Shown here: positions 53,681 through 61,452 of the stretch, in pieces
How the letters are laid out: each line of letters starts with the position of its first letter
Numbering within the stretch: the first letter of the stretch is position 1
NCBI GenBank assembly: GCA_963712115.1
Contig: CAVQGX010000014.1
Span: 22,878 to 86,877, forward strand
Length of the DNA: 64,000 bases
Reading direction: 5' to 3'
Source of the DNA: an uncultured delta proteobacterium
Lineage (GTDB): Bacteria > Desulfobacterota > Syntrophobacteria > BM002
Position numbers and translations under genes: made by a program
Notes under the pieces: model-generated
What the model was told of the DNA's origin: nothing
The model's input: the letters and a program-made list of their open reading frames with translations, nothing else
Databases searched by the model: none

Positions 53681-53959
53681 CTAATATGCGACGCTGCGGT
53701 GGGAGGCAGCAAGCATGAACACTATTTTCTCGTCATCATCGATTTCATAGAAGAAGCGGTAGGCGCCGATTCGATATCGCCAGGTGTCTGGATCGAAACC
53801 CTTTAGCTTCTTGATATTTGGTCCGAAGTGTGGATGCTCACGCAATTGAGGGTAGACATAATCGCGAAGTTTCTGTGCCACTTTGGGCTGGCCGGAACTG
53901 CCAATACGGCGTAAGTCATCTTGAAACTGTTCGGTTTCAAAAATCCGGTACTTACTCAA
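53681..53959 (-). CDS. RelE/ParE family toxin
   Basis: PHFGPNIKKL..WRYRIGAYRFFY..HR..AY. Confidence 0.88.
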   Translation of the reverse strand: MSKYRIFETEQFQDDLRRIGSSGQPKVAQKLRDYVYPQLREHPHFGPNIKKLKGFDPDTWRYRIGAYRFFYEIDDDEKIVFMLAASHRSVAY

Positions 53960-54194
53960 CGAAACTCCCTTTACGGAGACGAGCCTCCTGCGAACCCTTC
54001 TCGATACGTTTCATGAGCTCTTTGCTTGCCATGATCTCTGCTACCTCGACATCATCGGCGAATTGTTGCTCGCGGACTTTGGCCAAGGCAGCAGTCTCAA
54101 TTAGGTTCGACAGTGACCGATTTTCGGCCTTAGCTGCTTCCAAGAAAGTGATGTACGTTTCGTCACTCAGTCTAAGAGTTACCGTCTTAGGCAT
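53952..54194 (-). CDS. RHH-type antitoxin
   Basis: KTVTLRLSDE...AAKAENRSLSNLI; overlaps the toxin. Confidence 0.8.
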   Translation of the reverse strand: MPKTVTLRLSDETYITFLEAAKAENRSLSNLIETAALAKVREQQFADDVEVAEIMASKELMKRIEKGSQEARLRKGSFVE

Positions 54195-54403
54195 TTTGCA
54201 CCTACCTTGTTATTCTTTTTTATTCTATTGTATTCACAACGAAGAAAATGTCAACTGCAGACAAAAGAATTCACCACGGAGTCGCACGGAAAGTCACGGG
54301 CTTTTTAACCGCAGACGAACGCAGACCACCGCAGACGTTTCATTAGACAGGATTAACAGGATGTACAGCATAAGATAAACGAGAGAAGTCGGATTGATGC
54401 CAG

Positions 54404-54535
54404 GATCGCTTAAAGTCACAATGGTGAACCCACAGATGGGAAAACGAGCGAGCTAGTTTTCCTATCTTAGGGTTCCCCCTTTGTCCCGATGATTCCATCG
54501 GGACCACCCGCCGTGCGAGTGACCCTTAAGCGAAT
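54404..54535. repeat. Branched-hairpin element copy 8 (orientation A), inside an insertion at 54337-54586
   Basis: GATCGCTTAA...TTAAGCGAAT; apex GAGCGAGCT; GTCCCGATG/CATCGGGAC. Confidence 0.85.
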
Positions 54536-54727
54536 GTTACCTTGACATACTCACCCACTTTTTTACAGTGAATAATTATTGACATTCGCAGACAGATTGG
54601 TACCGCATAAGTGCATTGGTCTGCGGTTAGAAATAAAAAGGCAGGCGCGGTGGCCTGCCCAACTGGATTCTGACTACTGGCTGCTAACTACTTACTCTAT
54701 GCGCTATGCGCTCTGCTCTATGCGAAT

Positions 54728-55255
54728 TTAGGGCATAAATCGTTCGCCCGCAGGTTCCATAAGGGGTTCTGCCACGGGATCCATGAGAGGTTCGTAACGT
54801 GGTATTTCAAGAGGGGCAACCCAGATTTCCACCCTTATGTTAATTGAAGTAACCTGCATGTTGATAAGACAGATTCGGCTCTCCTTTTGGTAGAAGAGCA
54901 AGGTCCGAGTATATTTGAGACTGGCCTGCAACATCCAGCCGTTCTTCGCCATGGTCCCCTCAAAGAACTTGAGTAGCGACTCGTAGTCTACATTCCCGTT
55001 ATACACCAGGTTGCCCGTAGCGAATTCAGCAGTCATGTAAACAAAGGACTCTTTCGCATCTAAGTCGAGTTCTTTAGGTATGGGAACGTCGGGGAATTCG
55101 CGGATGGTCACGATTGGGGTGGGGCCTTCTTCCCCGGTGGGTTCTGTGTGAACCGTCTTGGTACAGCCTGAACATAGCAAAAAGAGGGTTAGTGCAATAC
55201 CGACGATCATTGACTTTTGCTGGCAAATGATCATGGTTATCTCCTTCTGTGTCAT
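54728..55255 (-). CDS. Hypothetical lipoprotein
   Basis: Lipobox CSGC; FPDVPIP..L...F...M..NGW. Confidence 0.7.
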   Translation of the reverse strand: MTQKEITMIICQQKSMIVGIALTLFLLCSGCTKTVHTEPTGEEGPTPIVTIREFPDVPIPKELDLDAKESFVYMTAEFATGNLVYNGNVDYESLLKFFEGTMAKNGWMLQASLKYTRTLLFYQKESRICLINMQVTSINIRVEIWVAPLEIPRYEPLMDPVAEPLMEPAGERFMP

Positions 55256-55580
55256 TATTCAAAGATCTAGCCCGGATATTTCACGTATCATTAGTCAAGA
55301 CCACCTACTTGTCAACCCGTAATCATTGAACATTTAACATTTCTTCGCGCTCACCCTGCTCCGCTCAGGCCCGCAAGCGGGTCCCTGGTGACGCATTTCT
55401 CATTGGTCATTTATCAGAGTCTCCTCTTGTATTAACCGCAGAGAACGCCGAGAGCGCAGAGTAGATCTAATTTAGATCCGCGAAGTACGCGAAGAAAGCG
55501 AATAGAGTAATCTGAATTCTTCAGACAGTATTTACAGGATGTACCGGATGTGACAAGCAAATGTAGAAGAGTTGATGATA

Positions 55581-55715
55581 GGATCGCTTAAGTAACCCCG
55601 CGGAGCGGGGCGTCCCGATGGACACATCGGGACAAATGGGAAAGCATCTGGTGGACGAAAGTAAGCTAGCTTGCTTTCGTCCACCAGCGCTTCCCATTCA
55701 GCTCTTAGGCGATCC
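55581..55715. repeat. Branched-hairpin element copy 9 (orientation B)
   Basis: Near reverse complement of copy 11. Confidence 0.88.
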
Positions 55716-56073
55716 TATCTTCTATTTGTCTTCTTCGTGGTTCTGTCTTTTATCCGTGTAATCCGCCTGCCCGCCATCGTCCGCCTGAGGCGGACTCAGG
55801 CGAGGCGGGCGGGTGTGTCCCGCCCTCGGCGGGACCCGTGCCAAAAAAACCGCTTCTCTAGGATCTATAACCCTCCGTGGTGAAAGTTTTTTGTCTGCGG
55901 CGGTCTGCGTGGGTCTGCGGTCAATTCGCAAAAGAGTGGTTCTTATCGGCTCTGTAGGCTGATTACTTGAAATACCCCTCGTGATGCACTATTATCTCAA
56001 CAAACATATTGAGACATGGAGCACGTAACACTCCAATAATCCATGGCCCTTTTGTTTCACCGCGAAGGGCTAG

Positions 56074-57588
56074 TTGGATACGCCAGGATCAACTGACATT
56101 ACGAGGTTTATGCTCATTAAAGATCAGGACTCTCATCTAAAGAACAAAAAGGGAATATTTAACCAGATAATTGAATGGGTTGCGCCACTTCGCCGCAAAA
56201 CAGAAGCCGGTGACACAGCGGTTTCACCCCACCTGCCTGATGGAAAAACCTTCACCGAATTTAACCTTAGTGACGAAATCCTAAAAGGTATCGAGAATGC
56301 CGGCTTCTTCCGTTGCACCCCCATCCAGGAACTAGCCCTACCTATAACGCTGGCAGGGGAGGATATTGCAGCTCAGGCGCAGACCGGCACCGGAAAAACC
56401 GCCGCTTTTCTCATCACCCTCTTTCAGCATCTGCGTAAAATTGACAAGCGCAAGCCAGGTATGCCCTCGGCCCTTATTCTGGCACCTACCAGGGAACTGG
56501 CATTGCAAATCTACCAAGACGGCCAGGTCCTTGGTAAATACACTGGGCTCAAAATGGTCGCTGTATTCGGAGGCATTGACTATCAGAAACAGGCCTCACA
56601 ACTACGCGAAGGAGTCGACATAGTAATCGCCACCCCGGGAAGACTGATCGATTACATGAAACAAAAGGCTTTTATTCCTGAACGGATCAAGATCCTGGTG
56701 GTTGATGAGGCAGACCGAATGTTCGATATGGGCTTCATTAAGGACCTGCGCTATATTCTAAGACGTTTGCCCTCCTATGACCAGCGCCAGTCAATGCTTT
56801 TTTCGGCAACTTTGTCGTCACGCGTCCTGGAACTGACCTACGAGTACATGAACCTGCCCAAGGAAATCTATGTCACGCCGGACGAGATAACCGTGGAAAC
56901 TGTGGAGCAGTCTGTCTTTCACGTTGCTAAACACGAGAAACTACGTTTGCTGTTAGGGGTGCTTGCAAAAGAACCTTGGGAAAGGGTGCTTATTTTTGCT
57001 AACACCAAGGCCACGGTGGAGTGGCTAAGCGCAAAACTCAAAGGAAATGGTTATCCAGTCAAGGGACTGAGCGGAAATCTTAATCAACGGCAAAGGCTAA
57101 AAATCATTAACCATTTTAAGTCCGGAGATCTCAAGATCCTCGTTGCTACTGATGTGGCCTCTAGAGGTCTGCACGTGGAAGAAATCTCTCATGTTATCAA
57201 CTACGATTTGCCGCAGGATCGGGAAGATTACATACATCGGATTGGTCGCACCGCCCGGGCCGGTATGTCAGGCAAGGCCATTAGTCTGGCCTGCGAGGAG
57301 TACGTTTACTCACTGGAGGCCATTGAGGAATATATAGGCGAAAAAATACCCGTATTCTGGCCTGAAGATGATTGGCTATTACCAGACAAATCGGGGAGAT
57401 TCCGTGCTGCTGACCGGCCAAAAATGGGGCAAAAAAGAAGGGGCTCTCCTCCCCGTAAGGGAAAACCCGGCCAGCGATCCCGTGGAGGAACTCGACCGAA
57501 AAAGCAATCGCGGGGCAAAAGTTCGCAAAGCGCAAAGCGTAAGAAGCCAGAGGGCAGAGGTCCGAAGTCAGAGGTCAGTAAAAACTAG
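56074..57588 (+). CDS. DEAD-box RNA helicase (RhlB-like)
   Basis: CTPIQ, AQTGTGKT, PTRELA, TPGR, DEAD, SAT, HRIGRTARAG, SLACEEY. Confidence 0.92.
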   Translation: MDTPGSTDITRFMLIKDQDSHLKNKKGIFNQIIEWVAPLRRKTEAGDTAVSPHLPDGKTFTEFNLSDEILKGIENAGFFRCTPIQELALPITLAGEDIAAQAQTGTGKTAAFLITLFQHLRKIDKRKPGMPSALILAPTRELALQIYQDGQVLGKYTGLKMVAVFGGIDYQKQASQLREGVDIVIATPGRLIDYMKQKAFIPERIKILVVDEADRMFDMGFIKDLRYILRRLPSYDQRQSMLFSATLSSRVLELTYEYMNLPKEIYVTPDEITVETVEQSVFHVAKHEKLRLLLGVLAKEPWERVLIFANTKATVEWLSAKLKGNGYPVKGLSGNLNQRQRLKIINHFKSGDLKILVATDVASRGLHVEEISHVINYDLPQDREDYIHRIGRTARAGMSGKAISLACEEYVYSLEAIEEYIGEKIPVFWPEDDWLLPDKSGRFRAADRPKMGQKRRGSPPRKGKPGQRSRGGTRPKKQSRGKSSQSAKRKKPEGRGPKSEVSKN

Positions 57589-57789
57589 GCACAATCTGTG
57601 GCGAGACGCGCGAGACAGGGAAAACATAAGTCGGACACGGAGGCCCGCCCTGCTGGCTACTGACTGGACATAATCTCAGTAACATCCGCGAAGTACTCGA
57701 AGAGCACGAATAAAGAAAGCTGAATTAATTTGACAGGATTTACAGGATATACCGGATAAGAGCAGCATGAGAAACTGAGCCGATGAAGG

Positions 57790-57922
57790 GATCGCTTAAA
57801 AGGTCCATGTGGGAACCTTGAGCATCAAAAATAAGCCAGCTTATTTTTGAGCTCTAGGGTTCCACATTAATCCCGATGATCCCATCGGGGTCACCCGCTA
57901 TGCGGGGTACTTTTAAGCGATC
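57790..57922. repeat. Branched-hairpin element copy 10 (orientation A)
   Basis: GATCGCTTAAAAG...CTTTTAAGCGATC; TCAAAAATAAGCCAGCTTATTTTTGA. Confidence 0.88.
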
Positions 57923-58022
57923 TCAACTCTCTGCGTGCTCTGCGTTCCCTGCCCGCCATCGTCCGCCTGAGGCGGACTCAGGCGAGGCGGGCGGGTCTGC
58001 GGTTAATCGGTAGGGGTTGTAG

Positions 58023-58277
58023 ATGCGTGCTGCCAGACTTTTGGGAGAATTGGAGTCCTTGGCGGAAAAGCTTGGAGTCGAGGTCGTTTACGAACGATTG
58101 CCCCGCTGCCGCAGTGGCCTCTGTCGAGTAAATGAGCAGTATCTTCTTTTTGTGGATAGAGCTCTGCCCGAAGATGCGCAAGTGGACGTGTTTATCTCTG
58201 CCCTTTCACGCTTTCCTCTGGATGATCTTCAAGTGCTCCCCTACGTCAGGGAAATTTTCGAGTCCCACAAATTATAA
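58023..58277 (+). CDS. Small hypothetical protein
   Basis: 84 aa; LAEKLGVEV.YE..GLCRV..LFVD pattern, reminiscent of an ImmA/IrrE N-terminal half without HExxH. Confidence 0.65.
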   Translation: MRAARLLGELESLAEKLGVEVVYERLPRCRSGLCRVNEQYLLFVDRALPEDAQVDVFISALSRFPLDDLQVLPYVREIFESHKL

Positions 58278-58488
58278 AGCATAGAGTGAGAAGCCAGTAG
58301 TCAGTAGCCAGTAGTAATTTCGAAATTTGAAACTGAAACTCCGCAATCCGAAATCATCTCCCTATTCCCCTCGCCTTCCTAAATCCACGAAGTACGCAAA
58401 AAACGCGAATAGAGGAATCTGAATTCTTTAGACAGGATTAACAGGATATACAGGATTAGAGAAGCAGAATGAACTGAGTCTATTGAAG

Positions 58489-58618
58489 GATCGCTTAAGG
58501 GCTGAATGGGAAGGCCTGGTAGACGAAAGTCAGCTAGCTCACTTTCGTCTACCAGGCTTTCCCATTGGTCCCGATGTGCCATCGGACACCCCGCTTCGCG
58601 GGGGGCACTTAAGCGATC
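58489..58618. repeat. Branched-hairpin element copy 11 (orientation A)
   Basis: GATCGCTTAAG...CTTAAGCGATC; GCCTGGTAGACGAAAG/CTTTCGTCTACCAGGC. Confidence 0.88.
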
Positions 58619-58745
58619 TCTACTCTCTGCGTGCTCTGTGTTCTCTGCGGTTAACAATCCGTGCAATCCGCGTGTCCCGCGGAGTGGGACCCGTGCCAAA
58701 AATAGTCTGCGTCTGTCTGCGTGGGTCTGCGGTGAGATGGGAGGA

Positions 58746-59162
58746 TCAAGCCTCGGCAAGGGACCTGAGGAGGGAGATGAGTTTTTCTCTCTCAGCGGGA
58801 GAGACGTCCACAAAATTCAGACCAACATCGAACTGATGTTTCCTCTCGCTCTCGAACTTGTTGTACCAGAGCACCTGGGCTTTAATGGTCCACGAGTCCC
58901 CCTCACCCGAGGAAGATAGTGTAAGAACTAGCGGTGTATTACCCGAGGGATCATTGTCCAGGTGCAGATGGTGCCCCTGAATTAACATGTGATTGGTTTG
59001 AAGACAGGCTCCAATTGGAGAGATATCGGTGAGTCGTCCTTGCACCTTATCGGTGCGGGGTCTTTGTTCGACAGAATCCCAGACCTGAAATTCCACGTCT
59101 ACAGCCGCGGAATATCGCGAATGCCTGCGACGCTCCAGACCAAGATACTTTCTAAGCCCCAT
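58746..59162 (-). CDS. PilZ domain protein
   Basis: RRHSR, DISPIG, VGLNF. Confidence 0.85.
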   Translation of the reverse strand: MGLRKYLGLERRRHSRYSAAVDVEFQVWDSVEQRPRTDKVQGRLTDISPIGACLQTNHMLIQGHHLHLDNDPSGNTPLVLTLSSSGEGDSWTIKAQVLWYNKFESERKHQFDVGLNFVDVSPAEREKLISLLRSLAEA

Positions 59163-59423
59163 GGTGGTGCCCCCCATCGGGTTATTATGAGATTTTTTCA
59201 CAAGCCTACAGTATTAAGCGACAATTAACACAATTTGTCAAGGAAAAGTGGTAAAGGGGTGAACGGTGAACGGTGAACGGTAACCAGTTGAGATAACAAA
59301 CTTAATTAATTGCCTGATTTGTCAAAATCAAGCTGACTGTTTTCAGCTGGCAGCAAGAGAAATCTAACCGCAGACGGCCGCAGACCACCGCAGACAAAAA
59401 ATTTCTTACGCAGAATAGACAAT

Positions 59424-59550
59424 GATAGCCTGAAAGCGCAATGGGAGCACCTGCAGCCATCAATAAGCAAGCTTATTATTGCCTGCCGCCACCCCCATTC
59501 CTGCCGATGTAATCCATCGGCATCCCGCCTCGCGGGACTTTCAAGCGATC
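59424..59550. repeat. Branched-hairpin element copy 12 (orientation A)
   Basis: GATAGCCTGAAAG...CTTTCAAGCGATC; AATAAGCAAGCTTATT; TGCCGATG/CATCGGCA; TCCCGC/GCGGGA. Confidence 0.82.
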
Positions 59551-59704
59551 ATTATCCATATTCACTGAATTTTCGCACCTGAAGAAGTATTGACATACGC
59601 GGACTTTTCGACGTCCTGGTCTGCGGCTGGAAATAAAAAGCGAGCACAGAGGCCCGCTCTAGTACGTCTATCGTGCACAGTTTGTGGTGCTCAGTGCATA
59701 GTGT

Positions 59705-61000
59705 TTAGTGCCTAGTGCCACGACTCCGTCGTGGCTTGCTTCGCTTCAGATAGATCACCCCGAAGACCACTGCCGCAAGCATTAAAATCACAAATATTAT
59801 GCCTAACCCGTGATCTTTGGTGATAAGGGCCGCGCTGTGCAATACTTGCCTGAAAAAACCTGCCAGAGGCACATCTTGGACAGCCACTAACGGTACAGTT
59901 TTAAATACTTTTTCCTTAGTGGCAATTACAGCCTCTCCTATACTTTGACCACTCTCAATTGGCGCAAATAATCTCTCGGGGATCCTGGCCTGCCAGGAGA
60001 TATCAGCCTGTAGATCAATGGGCAAGGTGACAATTCCAGGTTCGGAGGCAGCCAGTTCCACCTCCCCCACGGTCCCTTTCCAAACGGGAAGTTTAAGAAG
60101 CACATCTCCTTGCTTGAATAGGTTCACCGCCGCAAAATTCCGGAAGCCGTAATTGAGCAGCCGCAGGGCTTCTCGTTCTCTAATAGCCTCGCTTTTTGCT
60201 CCCATCACCACTGCGATGAATCGTTGATCACCCCTCTTAGCGGTGGCCAGCAGATGATAGCCTGCATTTTCTGTGTGCCCAGTTTTCAAGCCGTCAACTG
60301 TGGGATCGCGCCGGAGGAGACCATTGCGATTTTTTTGACGGATATTCTCATGGGTAAAGTCCTTGAGTTGATGATATTTTATGGCTTGTGGATGTTCTTG
60401 AACATAGACTCTTGCTATTAGGGCCATATCTCTGGCGCTGGTGTATTGGTCCGGAGCGGGCCAACCATTTACCGTCTGAAACTGGGTGTTTTCGAGCTGA
60501 AGCTCTTGCACTCTCTCATTCATTTTCACAACAAAAGCCTGCTCATTCCCCTGGAGAAATTCGGCCACTGCAATGCAGGCATCGTTGCCGGAGACGACCG
60601 CAATTCCTTTGATTAATTCTTCTAAAGGAACACGATTGCCCTGACGGACAAACATCTTGGAACCGCCTGTGCGCCAGGCTTTTTCGCTGATCCACACCTT
60701 GTCCTCAATAAGAACCTGGCCGTGGTCTACTGCATCGAATATTAATAAAAGAGTCATTAATTTGACAAAACTTGCAGGACTTATTCGCTCATCAGGATTT
60801 TGGCCGTAGAGGAATTCCCCAGAATTGGCATCGATTAGAACGGCGGATTGCGCCGCCAACGCAAAGGGGTGCGGCATCTCCTGCGCCCAGGCCGCTTTCA
60901 ATGAACCCAAGAGCAAAACGGTAAGCCAAATACTCATTAAAAGTATTGCTCTTTTCCTGATTCTTGGCATGAGATTCTCCTGGATAGACATTAAATTCAT
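59705..61000 (-). CDS. dacA: D-alanyl-D-alanine carboxypeptidase (PBP5/6 family)
   Basis: SxxK (SFVK), SGN, KTG motifs, PBP5_C-like domain, C-terminal TM. Confidence 0.9.
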   Translation of the reverse strand: MNLMSIQENLMPRIRKRAILLMSIWLTVLLLGSLKAAWAQEMPHPFALAAQSAVLIDANSGEFLYGQNPDERISPASFVKLMTLLLIFDAVDHGQVLIEDKVWISEKAWRTGGSKMFVRQGNRVPLEELIKGIAVVSGNDACIAVAEFLQGNEQAFVVKMNERVQELQLENTQFQTVNGWPAPDQYTSARDMALIARVYVQEHPQAIKYHQLKDFTHENIRQKNRNGLLRRDPTVDGLKTGHTENAGYHLLATAKRGDQRFIAVVMGAKSEAIREREALRLLNYGFRNFAAVNLFKQGDVLLKLPVWKGTVGEVELAASEPGIVTLPIDLQADISWQARIPERLFAPIESGQSIGEAVIATKEKVFKTVPLVAVQDVPLAGFFRQVLHSAALITKDHGLGIIFVILMLAAVVFGVIYLKRSKPRRSRGTRH

Positions 61001-61452
61001 TTACCGCTTTTTACTGCCAGCTGCCCGCTGCATTTTGGACCGCGCTTATAGCATAGCAAACGTGGGTTGTAAAGTAAGGCCAATAGCATAGAGCATGGGA
61101 AAATACAGCGGGCAGCTGTCAACTGGCAGCGGGCAGAGATGAAAACTAGGCACTAGGCACAGCAGGGCGACGCGGTGAAACGGCGAGACGGAGACGCGGC
61201 GCGTTGAGCGTCATTTGGCTTCGCCGTCATTAGGTCACTACGCTACGCTGTCATTTATTGTAAGAGGTGGAGGGCCAGAAGATTGCGGATTGCGAAAAAA
61301 TTGAACTCTATGCGCTATGCTCTATGCCCTTTGCCTTGGGCCTTGCGCCTTGCGGAGGGGGCACAGTTATTGCTTACCTTCCTTTGATCTTTCATTTGTC
61401 AAATAGTTGATTAGTCAATTAGTCAATTAGTAAAATAGCTTGGCGCAGATCT

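Noticed and set aside
58379-58919. ORFs of 117-144 aa overlapping the branched element (also 14720, 51775, 52083, 55671)
   Set aside because: They translate palindromic/repeat DNA, lack RBS or family motifs, and frames are not conserved among copies
10306-59550. Branched elements as tRNA genes or classical integron attC sites
   Set aside because: No T-arm/D-arm consensus or CCA; no RYYYAAC...GTTRRRY boxes; the fold is branched rather than a single stem; no intI in the window
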